From the NCBI GenBank assembly GCA_038231135.1, contig JBBRLX010000016.1, positions 1-64,000 of the forward strand: DNA of 64,000 nucleotides, given 5' to 3'. Positions 33,041-43,107 of the stretch are shown here, in pieces (the stretch's first letter is position 1; every line of letters begins with the position of its first letter). A program made the position numbers and the translations under genes. This DNA comes from Candidatus Eiseniibacteriota bacterium (GTDB lineage Bacteria; Eisenbacteria; RBG-16-71-46). Under the pieces are notes generated by a model, which saw nothing but the letters and a program-made list of their open reading frames with translations, did not search any database and had not been told where the DNA came from.

Positions 33041-35236
33041 ATGCTCCTCCTGTTCTCGCTGACGTTGTTCCTGAGTGCGGCGCTGTTGTTCATGGTGCAG
33101 CCGATGATCGCCAAGATGATCCTGCCGCTGCTCGGCGGATCGTCGTCGGTATGGACCACCTGCATGCTGTTCTTCCAGACGCTGCTGCTGGCGGGCTATG
33201 CCTACGCGCACGCGGCGCCGCGCTGGCTGGGCACCCGCCGCCACGCCATCGTGCACGCGATCCTGCTGCTGCTGCCGCTGCTGGTGATCCCGATCCGGGT
33301 GAGCGGCTGGACGCCGCCCGCCACCGCGAATCCGCTGGCGTGGCTGCTCGGCCTGCTGTTCGTCACGGTCGGCCTGCCGTTCTTCATGCTGTCCACCCTG
33401 GCCCCGCTGCTCCAGCGCTGGTTCGCGGAGACCACGCACGAGGCCGGACACGATCCCTACTTCCTCTACGCCGCGAGCAATACCGGCAGCCTGCTGGCAC
33501 TGCTCGCCTACCCGTTCGTGGTCGAGCCCAACCTGAAGCTGGGAACCCAGACGTGGGTGTGGACCGGCGGCTACCTGGTGCTGGTCCTGCTCGTGGCGGC
33601 GTGCGCGTTCGTGTTGTGGCGGCGGCACCGGGTCGGCGCCAGGGGTTCGGCCGCGGCCGAAGCCCCGCCATCCACCCCGTCGCCGGGCGACCGCTCCGCT
33701 GCCGGCGCCGCGCCCACCGTGGGCCGGCGGCTGCGGTGGATTGCATGGTCGTTCGTGCCGTCGTGCCTGATGCTCGGCCTCACCACGTACATCACCACCG
33801 ACATCGCCCCGTTCCCGCTGCTGTGGGTCGTGCCGCTCGCGCTCTATCTGCTGTCGTTCATCATCGTGTTCGCGCGCCCGCCGGCGTGGACGCACCGCGT
33901 GCTGATCGGCGTGCTGGCGCTGGCCGTGATCCGGCTCGCGATGCTCAGGCTGTCTCACACGCCGGTGAGCGTGGCGGAGTTGCTGATCGTGCACTTCGTC
34001 ACGTTCTTCGTGGCGGCGCTCGTGTGTCACGGCGAGCTGGCCCGCACGCGGCCTGAGGCCGGGTATCTCACAGAGTTCTATCTATGGATGGCGTTCGGCG
34101 GCATGCTGGGCGGCGTGTTCAACGCGCTGATCGCGCCCCGGATCTTCGATCGCGTGATCGAGTACCCGCTCGCGTATGCGCTGGTGTGCCTGCTGCGCCC
34201 GCGGTTCGGAGCGGCGGCCCCGGAACCGCGGCGCGCGGCGACGCCCGCCCCGTCACGGGCGGCGCGGCGGGCGGGCGGCAAACCCCCGCCGGGTTCCGCG
34301 CCCGCGATGCCACGCGGGGGCGTGGTACACGCGCTCGTCACCGTCGGCTGGGTCGTGATGGGGCTCGGCGTCGCGGCCGTGTTCCTCGCCCAGTCGATCG
34401 GCGGCGACCCGCGCCTCGTGCTCCACAGCGACCGCAGCTTCTTCGGCGTGAATCGCGTGAAGCTGGGGCCGTTGCCGACGATGGTGAGCCTGTTCCACGG
34501 CACCACCACGCACGGGATCCAGAGCCGCGTCCCCGCCGATCGCGGCATCCCGATGGGCTACTACCATCGCACGGGGCCGATCGGCCAGCTCATGACGGCG
34601 CTCGACTCGGCGAGCGCCGCGCCCCGCCGCGTGGGCCTCGTGGGCCTCGGCATCGGCACGCTCGCGGCCTATGGCCGTGCGGGCGACCGCTACACGTTCT
34701 TCGAGATCGATCCAGCGGTCGAGAAGCTCGCGACGAACACCGCGTACTTCACGTATGTGTCCGACGCCCGCGCGCGCGGCGTAGATCTGACCGTGGTGCT
34801 GGGCGACGGGCGCATCCAGCTGGCCCGCAGCACCGACCGATTCGGCGTGATCGTGCTCGACGCGTTCAGCTCGGACGCGATTCCGCTGCACATCCTGACG
34901 CGCGAGGCGTTCCGGCTCTATCTGAGCCGGCTCGAGCCGGGCGGCGTGATCGCCGCGCACATCTCGAGCAAGTTCTTCGACCTGGCACCGGTGCTGGGGG
35001 ATCTGGCGGCCGATGCCGGCCTCGTGTGCCTGTATCAGAAGGACGCGTCCACGACCCCGGAGGAACGCCGCCAGGGGAAACTCTCGTCCCAGTGGGTGGT
35101 GATGGCGCGCAACGCCGCCGACCTGGACGCACTCGCGCGTGATTCGCGATGGACGCGGCTCCCGGCGCGACCCGGCGTACGGGTGTGGACCGACGATTAT
35201 TCGAACGCGCTGAGCGTCATCCTGTGGGGCGGATGA
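33041..35236 (+). CDS. Fused membrane protein / spermidine-synthase-like SAM-dependent domain
   Basis: Many TM helices (LLFMVQPMIAK, PYFLYAASNTGS, CHGELA); HGTTTHG, GLGIGTLA, FEIDP, GDGR, LDAFSSD, WTDDYS. Confidence 0.9.
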   Translation: MLLLFSLTLFLSAALLFMVQPMIAKMILPLLGGSSSVWTTCMLFFQTLLLAGYAYAHAAPRWLGTRRHAIVHAILLLLPLLVIPIRVSGWTPPATANPLAWLLGLLFVTVGLPFFMLSTLAPLLQRWFAETTHEAGHDPYFLYAASNTGSLLALLAYPFVVEPNLKLGTQTWVWTGGYLVLVLLVAACAFVLWRRHRVGARGSAAAEAPPSTPSPGDRSAAGAAPTVGRRLRWIAWSFVPSCLMLGLTTYITTDIAPFPLLWVVPLALYLLSFIIVFARPPAWTHRVLIGVLALAVIRLAMLRLSHTPVSVAELLIVHFVTFFVAALVCHGELARTRPEAGYLTEFYLWMAFGGMLGGVFNALIAPRIFDRVIEYPLAYALVCLLRPRFGAAAPEPRRAATPAPSRAARRAGGKPPPGSAPAMPRGGVVHALVTVGWVVMGLGVAAVFLAQSIGGDPRLVLHSDRSFFGVNRVKLGPLPTMVSLFHGTTTHGIQSRVPADRGIPMGYYHRTGPIGQLMTALDSASAAPRRVGLVGLGIGTLAAYGRAGDRYTFFEIDPAVEKLATNTAYFTYVSDARARGVDLTVVLGDGRIQLARSTDRFGVIVLDAFSSDAIPLHILTREAFRLYLSRLEPGGVIAAHISSKFFDLAPVLGDLAADAGLVCLYQKDASTTPEERRQGKLSSQWVVMARNAADLDALARDSRWTRLPARPGVRVWTDDYSNALSVILWGG

Positions 35237-35383
35237 TGCGACCGCAGCGGGGTGCCGGCGCCGCGACTTCATGATCCTGCGCCCGAGCACCAAGCGATCG
35301 GGCGCCTGCCGGTTTGGCAGGCGCCCTCGCCTGGCCGTCGGGTGCCTCGCCAGGCACCGAAGGCCACTCGTGCAGACGAGTTC

Positions 35384-35920
35384 CTAGTGGTGCACGTTCT
35401 GGCCGCCGGCGCGCCATTCGCTCTCGAAGTACCGGGCATCGTCGTCGGTGCGGGGCGTAACGCCCATCACGATGCGGCCGTCCCGGATGTCCTTCTCGTA
35501 CAGCTTCGCCCGGTCCTCCGGGATGCCCGCGCCCACGAGCAGACCGACGAGTCCACCCGCGGCGCCGCCGGCGGCGCCACCCGCCAGGGCTCCGGCGATC
35601 GGGCCCGCAATGACCAGGCCGATGCCCGGCAGCGTCAGAGCGGCAGTCGCCGCCGCGATCGCCGTGAGCGTCGCGCCGATGGCTCCGCCGACGGCGCCGC
35701 CGACTCCCGCGCCCTCCAGGGCCTTGTTGCCGAGGTCGGTCTTGTCATGAACCTGGAAATGCTTCTTGCGCGTGTCGTCCGACATCATCACGTGAATGTC
35801 GTTCTTGCCATACCCGCGCGTCGACATCGATTCGTATGCGCGCTCCGCGGCCACGCGATCGGCAAACGAGCCGGTGACCAGCGCCTGCTGTGTGGCGGTG
35901 CGACGAAGATCGTCCGTCAT
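35384..35920 (-). CDS. General-stress-protein-like membrane protein (Gly/Ala zipper)
   Basis: GGAGG RBS; GNKALEGAGVGGAVGG..LPGIGLVIAGP..GIPEDRAKLYE. Confidence 0.82.
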   Translation of the reverse strand: MTDDLRRTATQQALVTGSFADRVAAERAYESMSTRGYGKNDIHVMMSDDTRKKHFQVHDKTDLGNKALEGAGVGGAVGGAIGATLTAIAAATAALTLPGIGLVIAGPIAGALAGGAAGGAAGGLVGLLVGAGIPEDRAKLYEKDIRDGRIVMGVTPRTDDDARYFESEWRAGGQNVHH

Positions 35921-36004
35921 AGATCCCTCCATTGATGACGTGGTGAGCGAAACGCTGCCCAGACTCGGCACCCGAATCGATCGGGGCCTGTCCGGTCTCG
36001 CTGC

Positions 36005-36020
36005 AGCAAGCCCGATGCCA
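36005..36020 (-). promoter_or_regulatory. sigma54 (-24/-12) promoter
   Basis: TGGCATCGGGCTTGCT, GG-N10-GC, about 85 bp upstream of 35920. Confidence 0.7.
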
Positions 36021-36238
36021 TCAATGTCCGGGGTGCGGGCGGCGAAGTTACCGGCGCGCGTCCGTCGAAATGTCGAACGGAACGTCGCTCGCGACCCACC
36101 GAGGTTCAAAATCCGGGTAGAACTTTCCCTGCGACGCCGTTCATTTGTCCGCGATGGGTCGCATCGCATCGTTCCATTGTCGCCTCCTGAACAATCCGTG
36201 ATCGGGGTCCGCGGGAGGAAACACCGGCCGTGCCGTCG

Positions 36239-36862
36239 TCAGGGCAGCACCGTCACCCGTACGTTATCGTAGACCACCTCGCACTCGCCGACGCCTCCCG
36301 TATACGCGGCCAGGGCGATGCGGCCGGCGGGCAGCGAGTTTCGACGGTCGGTGTAGTCGATCGCGAGACTCCCGTTCACGAACACCTGATACCTGGCCCC
36401 CTGAACCCGCACCGCGAGGTGCAGCCAGCGACCGTTGTGCTGCTCCACGGGAGCCGAGCCGAGTCGCATGAGCTTCCGGTACATGACGACGTCGTTGTAG
36501 CCGGGGCCGCGCACGTCCACTCCCACGCCCTGGCCACCGTGAACGCGCACCGCGATACCCTTGTCGACGCCCCGCAGGCCGTCCACGTCGACGTCGACCT
36601 GGTAGTTGGTCCAGGTCTCGGAGCCCAAGTAGGCGAAGGATCTCAGATGCTTCTGGTGGGGAAGCTCCGCGTGGAGGCGACCCGAACGCAGCGACCACAC
36701 GCCGTCACGATCGAACGTCCAGCCCGTGAGGTCGGTGGACTCGAAGGACTCGATTCGCTGCGAAGGCGGGGATGGCTCTGCCCGGGCCGCGGGCAGAACG
36801 AGCGGCAGACACGCCATCGTGAGCAGGATGCGGAGGCGGGTCGATGCGGGGACCGGGCTCAT
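36239..36862 (-). CDS. Secreted DUF1080 / concanavalin-like beta-sandwich protein
   Basis: Signal peptide; GWTF..GVW..WTNY.V.VD..W.HL.VRVQG..VFVNG..GRIAL..YDNVRV. Confidence 0.75.
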   Translation of the reverse strand: MSPVPASTRLRILLTMACLPLVLPAARAEPSPPSQRIESFESTDLTGWTFDRDGVWSLRSGRLHAELPHQKHLRSFAYLGSETWTNYQVDVDVDGLRGVDKGIAVRVHGGQGVGVDVRGPGYNDVVMYRKLMRLGSAPVEQHNGRWLHLAVRVQGARYQVFVNGSLAIDYTDRRNSLPAGRIALAAYTGGVGECEVVYDNVRVTVLP

Positions 36863-37123
36863 TGCACTGCCAGCGGCAACCCTCCGGGACAGAAACGCGG
36901 CAAGCCCGTGCAACATATCATGAACTCAAAGCGTTGCCGGGCTGACTACCACGCAACGCTATGGCGACCCGGCGCGAAATGAACCACCATCCCCGGCGGG
37001 GTCGAATCCAAATGAGTGCCACCCCCTAGGCCGCCCCCACGACCCGCTTCCGGGTTCGCTTCAGTTCGTGGGATGCTTCCTGCCAGCCTGCCGCCATCCG
37101 TGCCCTACCTAAGAGGACCCTGC

Positions 37124-38161
37124 GTGTTCTGGAACCTGCTGTGGATTGTCACTGCCCTGCTCTCGACCGGCCTCTCCAGCCTGTCGAATGGGATCGCGAC
37201 GCGGAGTCCCGGGGCGACCCGGCGGATCGACGGAGCGCGCGACTCGAGTGGCACCGCATCCGGTGCAACCGCTGGGAGCCTCGAATCGTTCGATTCGGAT
37301 CGCGCCCCGTTCTCGCTGTTCGTCGGCGGCGAGGACGTGCCGTTTCGCGTGATGGCCGTCTATGCGCTGCCCGGCGAGGAGCTCCCGATTCAGGTGACGT
37401 CGGCAGACCCCGGCATCCAGGTCATGGCCGGCGCCGCCGATCTGAGGGCGGTGAGTCCCGGGCGCTGGATGCTGCGCGCTCCCCTCGTTCCGGCCACATA
37501 CCCGATTCGGATCGGCCCTCCCGGCGGGGCATCGGTCATCGTGAACCTGTTCGTGCTCGTTCCCTACGACCGGATGCGGCACGGTGTACTGGAGGGCTAC
37601 CGGATCGGCGAGTACCCGAATCCCGATGCGCGTGGTGACTGCCGGTTCGATCGGCCGCGTGGATTCATCCGGGTGACGGCAGCCGACGATTCGATTCAGC
37701 TGTCGCCGCATTTCCAGCTGTGGCAGTTCGTGTGCAAGGAGTGCCCGAGTTATCCCAAGTTCCTGGTGGTCCAGCCGACGCTGCTGATCAAGCTCGAGCG
37801 CCTGCTCGCCACCGCGCGCACGCACGGCGTCGAACTCGGGACCTTCCACGTCATGAGCGCCTACCGCACGCCCCTCTACAACAAGGGCATCGGCAACCCG
37901 ACGACGTTCAGCCGCCACCAGTACGGGGACGCGGCGGACATCTTCGTGGACGAGCATCCCCGGGACGGCAGGATGGACGACATCAACCACGACGGTCGCG
38001 TCGACCGGAAGGATGCGGCACTGCTCCGCAGCTGGGCCGAGACGCTCGATCGCGATCCCACCGAGGGCGTGCTGGTGGGCGGGCTGTCGGACTATGGCCC
38101 CACCGGGAGTCACGGACCGTTCGTGCACGTCGACGCACGCGGTTATTCCGCCCGCTGGTAG
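37124..38161 (+). CDS. Peptidase M15A-like (D-Ala-D-Ala carboxypeptidase/YcbK) metallopeptidase, exported
   Basis: SAYRTP.YN, SRHQYGDAAD, FVHVDARG; DINHDGRVD Ca-loop; AGAGGA RBS before GTG. Confidence 0.85.
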   Translation: MFWNLLWIVTALLSTGLSSLSNGIATRSPGATRRIDGARDSSGTASGATAGSLESFDSDRAPFSLFVGGEDVPFRVMAVYALPGEELPIQVTSADPGIQVMAGAADLRAVSPGRWMLRAPLVPATYPIRIGPPGGASVIVNLFVLVPYDRMRHGVLEGYRIGEYPNPDARGDCRFDRPRGFIRVTAADDSIQLSPHFQLWQFVCKECPSYPKFLVVQPTLLIKLERLLATARTHGVELGTFHVMSAYRTPLYNKGIGNPTTFSRHQYGDAADIFVDEHPRDGRMDDINHDGRVDRKDAALLRSWAETLDRDPTEGVLVGGLSDYGPTGSHGPFVHVDARGYSARW

Positions 38162-38186
38162 GCGGTTTCCCCCGCCGGCCTGTGGA

Positions 38187-38357
38187 TCACCTGTGGATGG
38201 GTGGGGATAACTCCGAGCTCGAAGCGGTCTGGGCCGTGGGTACACGGTCCGCCGCCTTGCCAAACTGGACGCCGACCAGCAGCAGTATGAAGAACAGCAG
38301 CATCCCGATGATGGATCGATCCAGCAGGCTCCAGGTCTTGTGCGGGGCAACGTCCAT
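38187..38357 (-). CDS. 56-aa single-TM small protein
   Basis: MDVAPHKTWSLLDRSIIGMLLFFILLLVGVQFGK..; GGAG RBS. Confidence 0.55.
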   Translation of the reverse strand: MDVAPHKTWSLLDRSIIGMLLFFILLLVGVQFGKAADRVPTAQTASSSELSPPIHR

Positions 38358-38553
38358 TGGGAACTCCGGTCTGGGCGACAAGGGGTGAACGGCTCGGGGC
38401 CACCTACTCCCTATCAACCCCCGTGCCGTCGACGTAACCCGCGTGGCCGCAGTTGCAGGCGCTTCCCGTTCCGCCCGCCAATGCCCGTTCTTACCGTTCG
38501 CGCGGCGGTTTCTTCAATCGACCGGTGAGGCTCAGCGACCGCCGTCCCATCGC

Positions 38554-38784
38554 TCACGCGCTCCGGCGGTGCGGCGCGGGGCGTGCGGCGCGGCGGACCA
38601 TTCCCGCTGACTTGCCCGCGCGTTCCAGGCTGAGCTCGAGGAGCGGCTTGAGGTCCACGACCTCCTTCGCCGGCCGCTCGTTCGCCGCGGACGCGTCGGG
38701 CTCGACGATGGCATGGGTGTCCCCCGACTTCACCTTGCGCGCGACCAGCGCCGAGTCGCTGCCCTTCCAGAATGCTCGCGCCAC
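38554..38784 (-). pseudogene. Internally deleted Ku (NHEJ) remnant or mini-Ku, 76 aa
   Basis: Ku N-terminus MARAFWKGS joined in frame to the Ku C-terminus ALVARKVKSG..EVVDLKPLLELSL + basic tail; AAAGGAG RBS. Confidence 0.7.
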
Positions 38785-38833
38785 GTTCTCGCTCCTTTCC
38801 GGTGAGTCGGCTCAAGGTTTGCTGAGCCCGCTA

Positions 38834-38850
38834 AGCAGACGCCACGCCAG
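38834..38850 (-). promoter_or_regulatory. sigma54-type promoter upstream of mini-Ku
   Basis: CTGGCGTGGCGTCTGCT, GG-N10-GC. Confidence 0.5.
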
Positions 38851-39042
38851 TGACCGGTGGCGAGACCGCACACTACCTTCGGAAGTGCGATCAATTGCTT
38901 GATTCTGCAGGATTTCGCGTTGCGCGTTCCATCGGGCACAATCCGGCCCGCCGATCGCGAATCCGCGCCGCCAAGAGGCAGAACTTACAAAGCGGCACCG
39001 TCCCCCCGGGGACGGACCGCGCCCGAATCGGATGGAGGATTC

Positions 39043-39132
39043 ATGCTCTGGGGAATTCTGGTGCTGGCGGCGTCCGCGATCGTGAGCGGAATTCAGCGCA
39101 ACCTGCCCGGCCTGTGGCCGGGCAAGCGCTGA
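39043..39132 (+). CDS. 29-aa hydrophobic small protein
   Basis: MLWGILVLAASAIVSGIQRNLPGLWPGKR; GGAGGA RBS. Confidence 0.5.
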   Translation: MLWGILVLAASAIVSGIQRNLPGLWPGKR

Positions 39133-39199
39133 ACCTCGTTCGCCGAACGTAATTCGAGTGACCGCAGTTGGGATGAACCACACTCCAAGGAGGCCCCCG

Positions 39200-39760
39200 A
39201 TGTCCCGCCGCTTCAGCGTATCCGCCGCCATCGTGCTGGGAATGCTGCTGGGATCGTGCTCGAGCATGAAAGACAGCTCGTCCGGCGCCGCCGCGGGCAA
39301 TGCCACCGCCAAACCGGCCGGCGTCCAGCGCGCCACCGCGGAGGTGGGCCCCACCGAGGGCAACACGGCCAAGGGCACCGTGACGTTCACGCGCCAGAGC
39401 AAGGGCGTGCGCGTCGTCGCCGAGCTCACCGGTCTCCCGCCCGGCACCCACGGGTTCCACATCCACGAGAACGGCGACTGTTCCGCCGCCGACGGCAGTT
39501 CGGCCGGCGGACACTTCAACCCGACCGGCATGACACACGGCGGCCCGGACGCGGCCCAGCACCACATGGGGGACCTGGGAAACATCACGGCGGACGCGTC
39601 GGGATCGGCGCATTACGATCGCGTCGTGGCAGACTTCAGCCTGGACGGTCCGAACACGCTCGTGGGACGCGCGGTCGTCGTGCACCTGAACGCGGACGAC
39701 CTCACCTCCCAGCCTGCCGGCAATTCGGGGCCGCGCATCGCGTGCGGGGTGATTCGCTAG
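39200..39760 (+). CDS. sodC: Cu/Zn superoxide dismutase, lipoprotein
   Basis: HGFHIHE, GGHFNP, HMGDLGN, VVVH, GNSGPRIACG; LLGSC lipobox; AAGGAGG RBS. Confidence 0.95.
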   Translation: MSRRFSVSAAIVLGMLLGSCSSMKDSSSGAAAGNATAKPAGVQRATAEVGPTEGNTAKGTVTFTRQSKGVRVVAELTGLPPGTHGFHIHENGDCSAADGSSAGGHFNPTGMTHGGPDAAQHHMGDLGNITADASGSAHYDRVVADFSLDGPNTLVGRAVVVHLNADDLTSQPAGNSGPRIACGVIR

Positions 39761-39792
39761 CGGTCCGTGCGGACATGGACTCCCGGTTGGGA

Positions 39793-40815
39793 ATGACGAC
39801 CATCGAGCGGCTGCAGGCGCGCGGCATCCGGCGCATTCGTACGCGCACGGGCGTTCGCTATGCAGCCGCCGGTGGGGGCCGTGTCACCGCCGCCGACCGC
39901 GAACGGATCGCGGCGCTGCGCATACCGCCGGCGTGGCGCGACGTCGCGATCAGCCCATCGGCGCGCAATCCTGTGCAGGCGGTCGGCCGCGACAAGGCCG
40001 GCCGCTGGCAATACCTCTACCACGCGGCCCACGTCGCGCGGCGCGAACGCCGCAAACAGGAGCGGCTGCTGCGGTTCATCGCGTCGCTGCCGAGGATGCG
40101 CCGGACGATCGCGAAGGACCTGGCGCAGCCCGGCATCCCGCGCACCAAGGTGCTGGCCGGCATCCTGCGCGTGCTGTCGACGTGCTTCCTGCGTCCGGGC
40201 AGTGCCGTGTATGCGCGCGAGAACGGCAGCTATGGAATCGCCACCCTGCGCAGTCGCCACGTGCAGGTCGTGGGTCCGGTGGTGCGATTCGACTTCGTCG
40301 GCAAGTCCGGCCAGCGCCAGCAGCGTGAGCTGCGCGACCGGCGGCTGGCCATGCTGGTCCGCGAACTGCTGCGCCACCCGGGCGAGGTGTTCAAGTTCCG
40401 CGCGGAATCGGGCGCGATCACGGACGTGACCACCGCCCATATCAACGCCTATCTCAAGGACGTGATGGGCCAGCAGTTCAGCGCCAAGGACTTCCGCACC
40501 TGGGCCGCAAATCTGCTGTTCGCCCATCTGCTCGCGCGGTCGGAGTCCACGGCGCCGGCGTCCCGTGCGGCCCGGCCGTCCCGCACCACGCTGCGGCGCG
40601 AGGTCACGGCCGCGATCCGCGAGGTGTCGGAACATCTCGGCAACACGCCCGCGGTGTGCCGGACGTCCTACGTGTTCGACCGGCTGCTCGAGGGCCACCT
40701 GCGCGGCCGCCGGCTGCGCACCATCGCCGGCACCTCGGCCGCATTCGGGAGCTGGAGCCGGGGAACGCTGGAACGCAACGAGCGCGCACTGGCGAAGCTG
40801 CTGCGCGCGAGCTGA
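39793..40815 (+). CDS. Bacterial DNA topoisomerase IB (poxvirus-like)
   Basis: IPPAWRDV, GRDKAGRWQYLYH, RPG, FVGKSG, KDFRTW, LGNTPAVCRTSYV; start 39775 or 39793. Confidence 0.93.
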   Translation: MTTIERLQARGIRRIRTRTGVRYAAAGGGRVTAADRERIAALRIPPAWRDVAISPSARNPVQAVGRDKAGRWQYLYHAAHVARRERRKQERLLRFIASLPRMRRTIAKDLAQPGIPRTKVLAGILRVLSTCFLRPGSAVYARENGSYGIATLRSRHVQVVGPVVRFDFVGKSGQRQQRELRDRRLAMLVRELLRHPGEVFKFRAESGAITDVTTAHINAYLKDVMGQQFSAKDFRTWAANLLFAHLLARSESTAPASRAARPSRTTLRREVTAAIREVSEHLGNTPAVCRTSYVFDRLLEGHLRGRRLRTIAGTSAAFGSWSRGTLERNERALAKLLRAS

Positions 40816-40873
40816 TCGGCGTATGAACTGCGCTCCACCACCACGAGCCGGTGGAGATTCCGCCGCGAGATCC

Positions 40874-42619
40874 TCAGGCCCCGGGCAGCACCCAACCGAG
40901 CAGCGCGCGGAAGCTCGCCGCGAGCGCGAGGCCGCAGCCGGCGCCGATCACCACGTCGCTCGGATAGTGCACACCCAGATACAGCCGTGACAGCGCGACC
41001 AGGAACGCATAGGCATAGAACAGCGTGCCCAGTTGCGGCAGGTACGGGGTGAGCAGCATGGCGCCGGCGAACGCGGCCGCGGTGTGGCCGGACGGGAACG
41101 ACGAATCGGAGGGCTTCCGCCCCACGACGCGCGCCTTGATGTAGGCGATGAACGGCCGCTCCCGGCAGAACACCGCCTTGATCGGATAGTTCACGGTCAG
41201 CATGGTGAGCCACAGCGCGCCGATCATCCGCACCGCGATCCAGCCGCCATTCCCGGGGGTGAGCCAGCCCACCACCAGCGCGAGGGCGACCCACAGCTCG
41301 CCATAGTCCATGCCGCGCGACACGCCCACCATCAGCAGGTCCAGCAGTGATCCCCCCGACAGCCCGTTGATCTTGAGGAACAGCGCCGCGTCGTGCGCCG
41401 CGACCGTCGACACGCGATGCCGCAGCACGTGCTCGGCGATGTGCGCCAGCACCCGGCGGCGCTGCGGATTCGCGCGGACGCGGCTCTCTTCGAGGCGGGT
41501 GGCCGCGGTCGTGACCGGCGCGGGGAGCGGATGTCCGGGTGGCGCGGCTTCCGCGGCGGCCGCCGAGGGCGCGATATCCTGCATCGCCTCCGGCACCACC
41601 ACGCTCACCACGCCACGCACGACCCGGAGCAGGATCGGGGTCTCGCCGATCAGCTCGCCGTCGCCCTGCACCGGCAGCGGCCGGTGGCTCTCGATCCGCA
41701 CCTCCTCGCGCACCGACAGGAATCGCGCGTTGTCGTCGTTGCGGTGTCGTCCGGTAAGGAACCGCCAGGCGAGGCGCACGGTGTCGGAAGCGGTGTGGAC
41801 GTCGTACACGCAGATGTCGAGGACGCCGTCGGTGGCGTCGATGTCGGGCCCCCAGGTGAACGGCGACGCCGCGAACGTACCGGCATTCGCCACCACCACC
41901 TGCCAGGCGCGCACGCGCAACCGCCGTCCGTGGTCGACCTGAATGTAGAACCGGCTCGCGCGATGGCCCGCGATCGTGCGCAGGAACGACAGGAAGTACG
42001 CAAGGCGGCCGAGGCGCTGCTGATCCGCGCGCGAGGTGTCCGAGATCATGCGCGCATCGAAGCCGACACCGACCTGCGTAAGGTACCTGCGGCCGCCGAC
42101 TTCCATGGCGTCGAGGTCCGAGATGCGACGGCGCTCGGCGCACACGGCGACCGCGGTCTCGAGGTCGGGCGGGATGACGAGTTCCTGCGCCAGGATGTTG
42201 GCGGTGCCGAGCGGCACGATGCCGAGCAGCATGCGGCTGCCGTCCACCGCCTCCGCGCCCGACGCCGCGAGCCGGTTCGCCGCCAGCGACACGGTGCCGT
42301 CGCCGCCGGCCGCGATCACCAGGTTGAAATCGTCCGCGCGGGCCTGGGCGATCTCGCGGTCGAGCGCGCGCTCGCATTCGCTGCCCGGGAACGTCTCGAA
42401 CACCCGGAACGTGCCCCCGCGGGCCTCGAACACCTGCTTGAGAATCTCCTCGAGTCGCGCCCGGTCCGCATGGGGTGCCACCGGATTCATCACGACGAGG
42501 GCACGCGGCGGTAGCGATGGCGCCCGGGCGACGACCTCTCCCGCGCCCGAAGCGTCCGCGACGCCCGGCGAGTGGGTGGCGCCGGGCATGACCACGGGAT
42601 CCGGCACGGGCGCCACCAC
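40874..42619 (-). CDS. Diacylglycerol/lipid kinase (YegS/BmrU type) fused to a C-terminal PAP2 phosphatase
   Basis: NP, GGDGT, PLGTAN, GFDA, QGDGE; then K..F.RERP, SFPSGH, SRLYLGVHYPSDV; start uncertain (42589-42619). Confidence 0.88.
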   Translation of the reverse strand: MVAPVPDPVVMPGATHSPGVADASGAGEVVARAPSLPPRALVVMNPVAPHADRARLEEILKQVFEARGGTFRVFETFPGSECERALDREIAQARADDFNLVIAAGGDGTVSLAANRLAASGAEAVDGSRMLLGIVPLGTANILAQELVIPPDLETAVAVCAERRRISDLDAMEVGGRRYLTQVGVGFDARMISDTSRADQQRLGRLAYFLSFLRTIAGHRASRFYIQVDHGRRLRVRAWQVVVANAGTFAASPFTWGPDIDATDGVLDICVYDVHTASDTVRLAWRFLTGRHRNDDNARFLSVREEVRIESHRPLPVQGDGELIGETPILLRVVRGVVSVVVPEAMQDIAPSAAAAEAAPPGHPLPAPVTTAATRLEESRVRANPQRRRVLAHIAEHVLRHRVSTVAAHDAALFLKINGLSGGSLLDLLMVGVSRGMDYGELWVALALVVGWLTPGNGGWIAVRMIGALWLTMLTVNYPIKAVFCRERPFIAYIKARVVGRKPSDSSFPSGHTAAAFAGAMLLTPYLPQLGTLFYAYAFLVALSRLYLGVHYPSDVVIGAGCGLALAASFRALLGWVLPGA

Positions 42620-43107
42620 GCACTCCGCTCCACCGGACTGAACGCCCGGATCATGCGCGGGGTCGGGAGCGGCCGTGTGACTCCTCACGGGGCGCTGGGA
42701 CGGGTGACGCTGTCTGCCTGCTCCTCCGCAACCGTGGTCCCGGCGCGGGGCGCCTGATACTCGTTGCCGCACACTTCGCATCGTGACACGACGGCACCTC
42801 GGTTCCGGCCTGACTCGTATATTCCATTGCCCCGCGGGTTCTGTGACATGCAAAGGCCGCGTCAGGTCACATCGTGACCTTGGGGGGTTCCGAACGCACG
42901 CCTTGCACGGTTCGAGCCGAGAGCCTCGAGCGGCGGCCAATACGCGACCGAGAACGCACTCCGCTACGCGTCCGGGACTGGCTCTACCGGCGCGCCGCAC
43001 TCCGGCACCCCGCCCGGAAATGCCGCGAGGCCCGGCGGCAATTCGCCGCAGGGCCCCGCCGGTTGCCTGAGTCTTCTCGCGCCGCAGCGGTCGCGGCCAC
43101 GCTCGAG

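Noticed and set aside
39256..39792. N-terminal extension of topoisomerase IB
   Set aside because: Off-frame overlap with sodC; the real start is 39775 or 39793
42842..42871. TGTGAC...GTCACA inverted repeat resembling a CRP site
   Set aside because: The 18-bp spacer is far from the canonical 6 bp; may be chance
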